Shown piece after piece: positions 32,329 to 41,077 of a DNA stretch of 64,000 bases. Made by a program: the position numbers and the translations under genes. The DNA comes from Candidatus Eiseniibacteriota bacterium. GTDB lineage: Bacteria > Eisenbacteria > RBG-16-71-46 > JABDJR01. The notes beneath the pieces are model-generated. The model saw only the letters and a program-made list of their open reading frames with translations, was not told where the DNA came from and searched no databases. The stretch covers positions 1,408,001-1,472,000 of the forward strand of contig CAVXKA010000001.1 in assembly GCA_963762255.1 (NCBI GenBank), written 5' to 3'. Positions within the stretch are counted from its first letter, which is position 1. Each line of letters starts with the position of its first letter.

Positions 32329-32691
32329 ATGACCTCCAAACGTTTAGGCATCCTGCTATTCATCCTGGCGTTCGCGTGGAGCGTGGTGGGGCTCGGCTGG
32401 TTTGCAGCGCTGTCGGGCGCGGGGCCCGAATCCGGGTTGGGTGTTGGCGCGGCTCAAGCGGATCCCCCAGCGTGGGATCAACTGGTCACGCCGTACACCG
32501 TTGACGGGGATCCCGACGCCTTCGCCAATAACTCCGGTGATCCCGACGCATTCACCCAGCCACCGTCTTCCAGCGACAGCACGAGTACCGCGGGGACGAG
32601 TCCCGGTGTGACCTCCAACCGTGTGCCTCCCCTGCTTCGCGTGATCTTGGCGGCTGGTTCAGCGATCTCCGGGATCTTGGGTTGGAGTTAG
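32329..32691 (+). CDS. Small exported protein / peptide precursor with repeated GDPDAF
   Basis: GGAG RBS; signal peptide ending ...AAQA; GDPDAF twice (32506, 32536); S/T-rich linker; hydrophobic C-terminus. Confidence 0.75.
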   Translation: MTSKRLGILLFILAFAWSVVGLGWFAALSGAGPESGLGVGAAQADPPAWDQLVTPYTVDGDPDAFANNSGDPDAFTQPPSSSDSTSTAGTSPGVTSNRVPPLLRVILAAGSAISGILGWS

Positions 32692-32711
32692 CAGAACACA
32701 GAATCCGGTTT

Positions 32712-32740
32712 GCCCGGCCGGGGCTCGCTGCCGGCTGGGC
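32712..32740 (+). other. GC-rich stem-loop between the precursor and regulator genes
   Basis: GCCCGGCCGG-N9-CCGGCTGGGC with no U-tract. Confidence 0.5.
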
Positions 32741-32758
32741 CTGTCGAGGGCCAACAGC

Positions 32759-35700
32759 GTGAACCGTTCGAACGAATCAGAACGGCGTCCCCGACGCGGT
32801 GCCTCCGCGCTTGAGGGAGAGGTCTGGCAGGATCTCCCCGAGGCGGTGAAGTACGGGGACGTTTGTTACCAAGCGGAGCGCTTTGCCGATGCGCTGGAGG
32901 CGTACGGCAAGGCTTTGGAGGCCTCCGCCAAGAACCGGGCGAACGCCCTTCCGGCCGAAGTGCGCGCGCGGCTGCACTACCGCATGGCCTCGTGCTACAT
33001 GCGTCGGGCCAGCTACCGCCAGGCACTCGAACAGCTCGATCTCTCCCGACAGGCCCTCCCTCGGCACCTCGACAAGATCCGCCTTGCCAAGATCTACGCG
33101 CGCCGCGGCTACATCCTCATAGAGATGGGGCAGTACGCTCGCGCAGAGCGGCATCTCGTCTGGAGCAAGAAGCTCCTGAGCGGAACCAACGAGCACGAGG
33201 AACTGGCCAACCTGGAAACCCATCTGGGGACGCTCTACGCGCGCGTGGGGCGGTCGGACGAATCGCGGCAGTCGTTCCTCAGCGCGCTGGCCACCTTCCG
33301 CCGCATCGGTGACCGCGAAGGCGAGGCCCGTTCGTTCAACAACCTCGGCCTTCATTACAAGAACGCTTGCGAATGGCGGGAGGCGGTGCGCTACCTCGAG
33401 GAGGCGCGCACGCTCTGGGGACGTCTCGGCCATCGCAAGTACCTGGTGGTCGTTCAACTCAACCTCGGCATCGTCCACTTCAAGCTCGGCAAGTGGGAGC
33501 TATGCGAAGAGAACCTTGCCGCCGGGGAGTCGCTTGCGCGGGAACTCGCCGAGAGCCAGCAGCTCGTGCGCATCCAGCTCGCGCAGGGCAACCTCGCGCT
33601 GCGGCGCTGTCGTTGGGACGAGGCGAAGCTGCTCTACAACCAGGCGCTCGACGTGGCGCGGACCGAGTCGTACGGCCGAGAATCGGTACTGGCTCAGGAG
33701 TTTCTGGGCGAGCTGCACTTCGAGCGAGCGGAATTCGAGGAAGCATCAACGCTTCTCGAAGCTGCCCTTGGGGCGGCGCGGGCGATCGCTCCCGAGGGCG
33801 ACCTGGTGAGCGAAAGTCTGCGTCGCTTGGCGGAGACCCGTCTGGCCCAGGGGCGCTTCCAGGAGGCGCTGGATCACGCCAAGGAATCGGCGGCTCTCGC
33901 CAGCCGCATGGGCGATCGCTACGAAGAAGCGGTGGCGTTGCGGAGCGTGGGCTTGGCCATGATTCGTCTGGGACGCCGCGACGAGGGCGAGCGACTTCTG
34001 CAGATGAGCCTCGATAGCCTGGGTGAGATTGGAGAGTCCTACCAGAAGGGCGCGACCCACTTCGCCTACGGTGTCTTCCTTGCCGAGTCGGCCATGGAAA
34101 CCCGGTCTACCCAGGAATTGGAGCAGGCCGGAGTCCATCTCCAGCGCGCCTACGGGGCATTCCTCGACCTCGATGCCCGTGTGCGAGCGGCCGATGCTGC
34201 GTACCGACGCGCGGCGCTTGAGAGCCACTTTCATCGCTTCGACGAGGCGGCGACCTTCCGCGGCAAGGCGCGGCAGGTCCTTCCCGCCGGCGCGGCCCCC
34301 GCCCTGGAAGAGAAACTGAACCGCCTGGGCTCCGAACTCGAGGACGCATTCGCGGAGCGCTGGCCTTCGGGAGGCGACGTTCTCGCATCGCTCCGCGAGA
34401 TGAAGCGATTGTTCCAGGGGGCGACCGACTCCGAAGCGGTGCTGAAGGAACTCATCCGCCTGGCGGTGACCCGCTCCGGTTCGACCCGAGGCTGCGTGGC
34501 CCATCTGGGCCGGAACGGGCGCGTGGAGGTCGTCGCCACGTTCGGCTGGACCCCGGCCGACGCGAAGGCGCTGATCGGCGCGCTGGGTGGCGCGCTTCGG
34601 GGCGCTCTGGACGACAACCGTCCGGTGTGGACCAACAACGCGGCCGAGGACGAACGATTCCGCCCGGTGGCCGGCGGGACACGTTTCGGGGTGAGCAGCC
34701 TGGTGCTCCTGCCTCTGACCCTCACCGATCAGGAGCCCGGCTTCCTCTACGTGGACAAGACCCCCGAGAATACCGAGGGCGCCTATCACCAGGGAGAGCT
34801 GCACCTTCTCACCATCCTGGCCAACCTCGCCGCGCTCTCGATCATCGAGCGGTGGAACTCGCGGTTGGTGAAGGAGAACGAGGAACTTCGGGCGCGCATC
34901 GCTCTGGGCGAGGGGGAGGATCGGTTCGTCACCGCGCACCCCGGGCTCAAAGAGACCTTGCGACTCGTCACGAAGGTGGCCAACAGCCCCGTTTCGATCC
35001 TCGTCGAAGGGGAGACGGGGACGGGCAAGGGACTGCTGGCTCAGATCATCCACGACGCATCCAACCGCCGCGACAAGCCCTTCGTCCAGATCAACTGCGC
35101 CGCGCTCCCCGAGCAGCTTCTCGAGAGCGAGCTCTTCGGGCACATGAAGGGTTCCTTCACCGGGGCGGCCTACAACAAAATCGGGCTTTTCAAGGAAGCC
35201 GAGAACGGCACCATCTTCCTGGACGAGGTGGACAAGACCACACTCGCCGTTCAGGCCAAGCTCCTTCACGTGATGGACTCGAAGGAAGTGCGGCCGGTCG
35301 GCTCGGTGAAGCCCTACCGAGTGGACACCCGCGTGATCTGCGCGACCAACTCGAACCTGCGGGAGAAGATCCGGGCAGGGGAATTCCTGGAAGACCTCTA
35401 CTACCGTCTCAACGACTTTATCGTCACGGTGCCGCCTCTGCGCGACCGGCGTGAGGATCTCCCCCTGCTTCTGGACTACTTCATAAAGAAGTTTTCCACC
35501 CAGTACGGGCGGCCGGAAATTCGCCTCTCGCCTGAGGTGAGTCGCGTGCTCCTCGATCACCACTGGCCGGGCAACGTGCGCGAGCTCGAGAAGACGATTC
35601 GCCGGCTGGTCGTGCTGGCGGACGAGGAACTTCCGGTTGGACTCGATCTTCTTCCGGTGGAGATTCAAACCGAGAAGTTAAGTTTCTCCGGGCAGACTCT

Positions 35701-35857
35701 GCGGGAAGAAGTTTCGCGCGTCGAACGCCGGGTCATCGCGGAGGGGCTGCGCGCCAACGACTGGAACAAGGCTCAGGTGGCCCGGGTGTTGAAGGTCTCC
35801 TACCCTTGTCTGCTCAAGAAGATCAAGGAGCATCACCTCAGTCCACCGGAGCGCTGA
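32759..35857 (+). CDS. TPR-GAF-sigma54 enhancer-binding protein (1032 aa)
   Basis: About 500 aa of TPRs (e.g. ARSFNNLGLHY), a GAF-like region (GFLYVD), GETGTGKG, GSFTGA, WPGNVRELE and a Fis HTH. Confidence 0.95.
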   Translation: MNRSNESERRPRRGASALEGEVWQDLPEAVKYGDVCYQAERFADALEAYGKALEASAKNRANALPAEVRARLHYRMASCYMRRASYRQALEQLDLSRQALPRHLDKIRLAKIYARRGYILIEMGQYARAERHLVWSKKLLSGTNEHEELANLETHLGTLYARVGRSDESRQSFLSALATFRRIGDREGEARSFNNLGLHYKNACEWREAVRYLEEARTLWGRLGHRKYLVVVQLNLGIVHFKLGKWELCEENLAAGESLARELAESQQLVRIQLAQGNLALRRCRWDEAKLLYNQALDVARTESYGRESVLAQEFLGELHFERAEFEEASTLLEAALGAARAIAPEGDLVSESLRRLAETRLAQGRFQEALDHAKESAALASRMGDRYEEAVALRSVGLAMIRLGRRDEGERLLQMSLDSLGEIGESYQKGATHFAYGVFLAESAMETRSTQELEQAGVHLQRAYGAFLDLDARVRAADAAYRRAALESHFHRFDEAATFRGKARQVLPAGAAPALEEKLNRLGSELEDAFAERWPSGGDVLASLREMKRLFQGATDSEAVLKELIRLAVTRSGSTRGCVAHLGRNGRVEVVATFGWTPADAKALIGALGGALRGALDDNRPVWTNNAAEDERFRPVAGGTRFGVSSLVLLPLTLTDQEPGFLYVDKTPENTEGAYHQGELHLLTILANLAALSIIERWNSRLVKENEELRARIALGEGEDRFVTAHPGLKETLRLVTKVANSPVSILVEGETGTGKGLLAQIIHDASNRRDKPFVQINCAALPEQLLESELFGHMKGSFTGAAYNKIGLFKEAENGTIFLDEVDKTTLAVQAKLLHVMDSKEVRPVGSVKPYRVDTRVICATNSNLREKIRAGEFLEDLYYRLNDFIVTVPPLRDRREDLPLLLDYFIKKFSTQYGRPEIRLSPEVSRVLLDHHWPGNVRELEKTIRRLVVLADEELPVGLDLLPVEIQTEKLSFSGQTLREEVSRVERRVIAEGLRANDWNKAQVARVLKVSYPCLLKKIKEHHLSPPER

Positions 35858-35887
35858 CCCGGTACTCCGCCCCACATTCTCCGTGCT

Positions 35888-35971
35888 GTATCAAATCCCT
35901 TTATAGCCTGAAACCCAGCAAAACGGCGGTATTTTCCCCTGCGGCGCCGAGGCGATAAAGAATGTTTATAG
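35888..35971. promoter_or_regulatory. Paired palindromic upstream activator sites
   Basis: GTATCAA-N5-TTTATAG (35888-35906) and CGATAAA-N5-TTTATAG (35953-35971), centres 65 bp apart. Confidence 0.65.
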
Positions 35972-36078
35972 TGGCGACCTGGTACGCTTCCCGCAAGGCC
36001 GTCACCGCCCTACCCACCCGACGCGTAACTCGTTCCCGCAGGATGCATTAACAGTTGATCCGCGGACGGCGCCGTCCT

Positions 36079-36094
36079 TGGCACGGCCTCTGCA
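36079..36094 (+). promoter_or_regulatory. sigma54 -24/-12 promoter
   Basis: TGGCACGGCCTCTGCA (GG-N10-GC). Confidence 0.75.
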
Positions 36095-36253
36095 TATATG
36101 AGCCTGCGGAGGGGGGACCTCCGGAGCCGAAAGCCGTCGGGTTCCAAGCGCAACACGCATCGCAGCTCAGTTGTCCCTGCCGGACTTGGAACCCGATGGG
36201 TCGGCCCTCGTCTTCCGCGACCGAGGCGTTCACCAAGAAAGCGGGGGGGGATC

Positions 36254-37720
36254 GTGAGGCGCGAACGGACCGAAGCCTATCGCGATCAGTTCGAATACCT
36301 CGCGGACTGCTTCGACTTCATTCGCAAGCGTGGGGACGCCTACACCATCCGCACCGAGGCGCTGGAGAGCGAGCGGATGTCCCAGTACGGAGAGCGGAGC
36401 GGCTTCGACCTTGAGCGTAGCCGCCTCCTCAGCATCTACCACGGGATCGAGACCGAGGTGGCGCGCAAGGAAGAGGAAATCCACCGACGCCGGCAGGAGA
36501 CCGACGCGCTGGGGATCCACTTTCCCCTCGATACCTTTATCGAACGGTACAGGCTGCGTCCCGAAGAGACGCAGATTCTCCTGGTTCTCCTTCACAACGA
36601 GTCAGTCGGTCGAAGCCATGCGCGCTTCAGCTCCGGGAACGAGATCCTGAATCTCCTGTTTCCCAATCCGGTGAGCGCGTTGAAGGCTTCCTCGTTTCTC
36701 GATGTGGGGGCGACGCTCCTCGAGGAGGGGCTCATCAGGTCATTCTCCGATGACGAGGCCACCAACTTCTTAAGGGCTGCCTACGAAGTCACGGAGAAGA
36801 CCCTGCACGAGGTGTTGGGAGTCCGCGATCGCAGCGCGATCAGGGACCAGCAGCATGCTCCCCGCACTTCCAGCAGTCCTCTCGAGAGCCCTTTCCGGGT
36901 CGTCGCCCCCCGTGTTCGCCTCGAGCAGGTCGTGCTCCCCGAAGCGGTCCGCCAAGGCATCGAAGAAGTCCTGTGGCAGGCCGAGCAGGGGCAGGAGCTG
37001 TTTCGTGAGTGGGGTCTGGACGAGGTCGTGGAGAAGGGGCGCGGGACCATTGTGTTGTTCAGCGGCCTTCCCGGCACCGGCAAGACGATGACCGCCGAGG
37101 CGATCGCCGAGCGCCTCGGCCGTCCCCTCTACGTCGCCGACTACGCCCAGCTCGAGAGCAAGTGGATCGGCGAGACCGAGAAGAACATCGTGGCCGTGTT
37201 CCAGGCCGCGAGCCAGGCCGGGGCGGTTCTCCTCTTGGACGAGGCGGACGCCGTCCTCGCCGCTCGCCTTGACGGAGGCCACTACAACGATCGCGCGTAC
37301 AACCGCCAGGTGAGCATCCTGCTCGGCGAGATGGAGGCATTTCCCGGCACATGCATCCTCACCACCAATCGGGTGGTGACTCTGGACGAAGGATTGGCGC
37401 GGCGCATCGCGGCTAGCTTTGAGTTCACGATCCCGGAGGCGGGGGAGCGGTCGCGCATCTGGAAGGCGCTGCTCCCGGCCAGGGTGCCTCTGGCAGACGA
37501 TGTGGATCTGGATCAGTTGGCCCGACGGTTTCCAATGGCCGGCGGGCACATCAAGAATGCCGTCCTCACGGCGGTCCGCAAGGCGGGCCGGCGTGCGGGC
37601 CGGGGAGCGCGTGTAACGCAGCGGGATTTCATCGAGGCGGCGGCGGCCGAGCAAGACAGCTTCCGCCCGTGTTCCCGACCCATCGGGTTTCAGGAGGCTT
37701 CCTCCGCTTCCTACTCGTGA
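36254..37720 (+). CDS. AAA+ ATPase (Afp15/Pvc15-like C-terminal module)
   Basis: GLPGTGKT, KWIGETEKN, LLDEADA, ILTTN and GGHIKNAV. GTG 36254 is preferred because ATG 36098 lies upstream of the predicted transcription start. Confidence 0.9.
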   Translation: MRRERTEAYRDQFEYLADCFDFIRKRGDAYTIRTEALESERMSQYGERSGFDLERSRLLSIYHGIETEVARKEEEIHRRRQETDALGIHFPLDTFIERYRLRPEETQILLVLLHNESVGRSHARFSSGNEILNLLFPNPVSALKASSFLDVGATLLEEGLIRSFSDDEATNFLRAAYEVTEKTLHEVLGVRDRSAIRDQQHAPRTSSSPLESPFRVVAPRVRLEQVVLPEAVRQGIEEVLWQAEQGQELFREWGLDEVVEKGRGTIVLFSGLPGTGKTMTAEAIAERLGRPLYVADYAQLESKWIGETEKNIVAVFQAASQAGAVLLLDEADAVLAARLDGGHYNDRAYNRQVSILLGEMEAFPGTCILTTNRVVTLDEGLARRIAASFEFTIPEAGERSRIWKALLPARVPLADDVDLDQLARRFPMAGGHIKNAVLTAVRKAGRRAGRGARVTQRDFIEAAAAEQDSFRPCSRPIGFQEASSASYS

Positions 37721-37900
37721 GGTCTCGCTGCGTGACACCGCCGACGGCTCTTGGGCGGCGACAGGAAGCGGTGCCGGTGGACGCCGGCGCCGCCGGGACT
37801 TGCCGGATCGAGTGTCCGTGGTTCGGCAAGGCGTCGCGATACGGTGGGTTAGACCGAGATGGTTATCCCGTCGCAAGCGAGGTGCAAGAGAGAGGGGAGT

Positions 37901-38137
37901 GGGAGCACTAACGAGCGCAGGCTCCCGTTCCCAGCCATCCCTCCCGTCCATGACGGGCGGGGTTTCCGGTCAGGCGAGATGGACGCTTGCCGGAAAGTTG
38001 GAACCGTGAGGGTTCCGTTCGGGCATAGGCACTCGGCGCGCAGACCACACATGGGGATGTCCAGGCTCGTGCCGAAGTGAAAACCGAATGCTCGGACCTG
38101 CGCGACGTCGGAGGACACTCCGGCGTCGCGTTTTTTT
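37901..38137 (+). ncRNA. Candidate structured non-coding RNA
   Basis: Series of hairpins ending in an intrinsic terminator; no convincing ORF; family not recognised. Confidence 0.35.
38101..38137 (+). terminator. Intrinsic terminator
   Basis: CGCGACGTCGGAG-GACA-CTCCGGCGTCGCG-TTTTTTT. Confidence 0.85.
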
Positions 38138-38231
38138 GTGCCGCGCGGTCGCGGGCGCTGGGCTCGACCGGTTCAGGGCGTTGCCCGCCGAGCGCTTGAC
38201 CTGCTCGCCCCCGCCCGTCGATAGTGGATGC

Positions 38232-39077
38232 ATGACGGTTTCATCCGACGAACCCGCGCACCGCGCATTCCCCGGCTTTGGCCAGGCGATGCTCCTCGTC
38301 GTCTTCATCTGGCTGGCTATCCTCTTCGTCGCAGTCGCCGCCACGGTTGCGCAGTCACTGCGGGCGGGCCAAGTGGAGATGCCCTCCGAGGCGACCCTCC
38401 TTCTTGTCGCCAATACCGCGGGGTTCTTCCTGATCACCGGCCTCGGCTGGCGGTACACCGGAGCGAGGTTCGGCGAGGTGTTTCCCCTGCGCCGGTTCGA
38501 TCCTCGGCTCCTGGCCCCTGTGTTCCTGTTCACCCTGGGAAGTGTGGCCGTCCTGTCGCAGGTCGATTCCGTGCTCCGACTGCTCCCTGCCCCTGACTGG
38601 TGGAACGCGCTCCTGCGCACGATCGATGAGACCATGTTAGACCTGATCCGCGAGTCGTACTGGGCCGCCGCGATCGCCCTGGTGGTGATGGCGCCGGTCA
38701 CCGAAGAACTCTTCTTCCGAGGGCTGGTGCTCCGCGGATTCCGCCTGCGCTATTCCAGGAAGAAGGCGATCGTCCTCTCCGCGCTTCTTTTCGCCATCAC
38801 CCACCTCACCCCGAACCAGTTTCTCTCCGCGTTCGCGATCGGGCTCTTCCTCGCCTGGATCGTGCTCGAGACTGGAAGCCTCTGGCTCGCGCTCTTCGTT
38901 CACGCGGTGGCGAATGGATCCGGCGTGCTCGCGGCGGGCGCGGGGATGATGGTGCCGTCCGGCGCGGAGCAGCCGGAACTCCTGCCGTGGTGGACCACGC
39001 TGGCGGGTCTCGCGGCCCTCGCCGGCGGGTGGCGGTGGCTGCGTCATCTGCTCCCGTCGCGCTCCCCCGCGATGTAG
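38232..39077 (+). CDS. CPBP/Abi-family intramembrane glutamic protease
   Basis: EELFFRG, FAITH and HAVAN motifs; multiple TM helices. Confidence 0.92.
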   Translation: MTVSSDEPAHRAFPGFGQAMLLVVFIWLAILFVAVAATVAQSLRAGQVEMPSEATLLLVANTAGFFLITGLGWRYTGARFGEVFPLRRFDPRLLAPVFLFTLGSVAVLSQVDSVLRLLPAPDWWNALLRTIDETMLDLIRESYWAAAIALVVMAPVTEELFFRGLVLRGFRLRYSRKKAIVLSALLFAITHLTPNQFLSAFAIGLFLAWIVLETGSLWLALFVHAVANGSGVLAAGAGMMVPSGAEQPELLPWWTTLAGLAALAGGWRWLRHLLPSRSPAM

Positions 39078-39209
39078 CGCCGCCGCTACAAGCGCGTCCC
39101 CCTGACCACGGTTGCCGCATCCGCTCGACGCGCCCCCGCGCAGCCTCCTCGCCCCCTTAATCCATGGAAGACAAAGGGTTGAGTAGTCGGCCGAACCCGG
39201 CGAATCGAT

Positions 39210-39225
39210 TGGCACCCTGCTTGCG
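39210..39225 (+). promoter_or_regulatory. sigma54 -24/-12 promoter
   Basis: TGGCACCCTGCTTGCG, a perfect consensus match. Confidence 0.8.
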
Positions 39226-39237
39226 TTATGGGGGGGC

Positions 39238-40101
39238 ATGAGAGACGCAAGCAAGCTTTCAAGATGGGTTCGCATTCGCCGGGCGGGGTTGACGGTGTTG
39301 CTCGCCGGACTCCTCGGCGGGTTCGTCGGCGGTTGCGATGAGGACTGTCTCCTCTGCTCGGACTGCGGTTCGCCCAACGCGCCGGTCGACGTCTACTCGG
39401 TGACCGGCGACGAGGAGATCGCGCTCTACTGGACCCCGGTCAACCTGGAGGCCGTGGACGAGTTCGTGGTCTACCGCTCCGCCAACGCGGAAGGCCCTTA
39501 TGTGGAGATCGATCACACCCGGCGCGACATGTTCGTCGACCGCGACGTGCGCAACGGGCGTACCTACTTCTACGCGGTGACCGCGATCGACGCGTGCGGC
39601 TACGAGTCGGATCTCTCTCGCGAGCTGGTCCACGATACGCCCCGCCCGGAGGGATTCGGGGCGCGCCTCGACGACGCCAACGGCGACGCGTACGCGCGCA
39701 GCGGCTGGGACTTCAGCGCCTATCGCGCGCTCGTGTGGGATCACGACGAGACCGATGTCTACTTCGTGATTTCCGAGGGCGTGCCGTTCCTGGTCGCGGC
39801 CGACCTGGCCACCGATATCCAGGACGCGGGCTACACCGACTTCGACGGCGTGGACTGGGCGCCCGAGCGCGGGTGGAGCCCCTCCGGCTCCGTCGAGCTC
39901 ATTCCCGGGCACATGATCGTGGTGTGGACGCGGGACAACCACTTCGCGAAGGTGCGGGTGGAGTCGGTCGGCGCAGGAAGGCTCACCTTCGACTGGGCGT
40001 ACCAGATCGACACCGGCAACCGCGAGCTGGCGCCGCGGCCGGGCAACGGGCTCCGAATTCAGGCGGCTCCGGGGCTGCGCCCGGCGCCGCGGGCGCTTTG
40101 A
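39238..40101 (+). CDS. Lipoprotein with fibronectin type III domain
   Basis: Lipobox VGGC; IALYW...VYRS...YFYAVTAID; C-terminal HFAKVRV...FDWAYQ. Confidence 0.8.
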   Translation: MRDASKLSRWVRIRRAGLTVLLAGLLGGFVGGCDEDCLLCSDCGSPNAPVDVYSVTGDEEIALYWTPVNLEAVDEFVVYRSANAEGPYVEIDHTRRDMFVDRDVRNGRTYFYAVTAIDACGYESDLSRELVHDTPRPEGFGARLDDANGDAYARSGWDFSAYRALVWDHDETDVYFVISEGVPFLVAADLATDIQDAGYTDFDGVDWAPERGWSPSGSVELIPGHMIVVWTRDNHFAKVRVESVGAGRLTFDWAYQIDTGNRELAPRPGNGLRIQAAPGLRPAPRAL

Positions 40102-40151
40102 CGATGAAGAACGGTCCAACGACGTGGCTTTCCACGAGGAGGTATGACGAG

Positions 40152-40784
40152 ATGAGAAGCGAATCGATCCGAAAGGCGACGGTCCTTCTGGTCGCGCTGG
40201 CGGGCATCGCGGTCGTCTCGACCGCGGCAGCCGACTCGCGCGGCGTGAATCGAGTGGAGCCGAAGCTGGTGCGCATGCCGGAGCCCACGTTGGTCCGGGT
40301 GCCGATCGAGGATGTGAATGACCTCCGTGTACGTGTCTGGACGGAGCCGGGAGAGGGGACGATGGTGTTCCCCGGCGAGAGCGTGAAGGTCCGGTTCCGC
40401 GTGGATGACGATGCCTACGTGGTCATCTATGACATCGACACCATGGGACGCGTGCGGGTTCTCTTTCCCGAGGATCCCTATGACGACGGATTCGTGCGTG
40501 GCGGACAGGTGGTGCGTCTGCCGGGTCGCGGCGCCGGGTATCGACTCATGGTGAGCGGCCCCGCCGGTGTCGAGCGCATCGTGGCCCTGGCCTCGGACAG
40601 GCCGCTGACAGGTCGGTGGCAGCGGTTCGCCGACAACGACCTGTTCCGGCAGGACAGTTCCTTGAGCCCACGGTTGGTGAAGGCGCCGACGAGGCCGAAC
40701 CTCATCCCCGTTCCCGTCGATCGCGACGGGGTGGCGAGGGACGAGACCTGGTTCAGGGTGGGCCGGTCCGGCCGGAGCTACTGA
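40152..40784 (+). CDS. DUF4384-domain secreted protein
   Basis: GAGGAGG RBS; signal peptide; PGESVKVRF...YVVIYDID...VLFP...GPAGVERIVALAS. Confidence 0.8.
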   Translation: MRSESIRKATVLLVALAGIAVVSTAAADSRGVNRVEPKLVRMPEPTLVRVPIEDVNDLRVRVWTEPGEGTMVFPGESVKVRFRVDDDAYVVIYDIDTMGRVRVLFPEDPYDDGFVRGGQVVRLPGRGAGYRLMVSGPAGVERIVALASDRPLTGRWQRFADNDLFRQDSSLSPRLVKAPTRPNLIPVPVDRDGVARDETWFRVGRSGRSY

Positions 40785-40897
40785 CGTGTTGAGGGGTCCG
40801 GCCTCTCCCGCGGCCTCCCCGGGCCCAAACGGGGGAGGCCGGCGCCCCGACTGAGAATGCCCATCGAGGGGAGATCGGCCCCTCCCTCGGTAGGCGA

Positions 40898-40925
40898 GGG
40901 CCCCCGTCCGGGGGCCCGTTTTATT
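40898..40925 (+). terminator. Intrinsic terminator
   Basis: GGGCCCCC-GTCC-GGGGGCCC-GTTTTATT. Confidence 0.7.
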
Positions 40926-41077
40926 GGAACCGAACGTCGGCCCGGGGGGTCTACCCAAAGCCTCCCGGGCCGCTTTGCGTCGAAGCCTGCATGCGGTACG
41001 GTATTCAGTCCCCCGGCCGCATGCCGTGTGCCGGGTGCTTGATCCATGTGCGCCCTGCGCCGGGCCGAACCACCCTG

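Noticed and set aside
36098-36253. N-terminal extension of the ATPase from ATG 36098
   Set aside because: This ATG lies upstream of the predicted sigma54 start (~36105), and the extension is low-complexity and Arg-rich.
40926-40954. RpoE-like promoter GGAACCG-N17-TCTA, with a similar GGAACCG-N15-TCTA at 32169
   Set aside because: Spacing differs between the two copies and the match is short; too weak to call.
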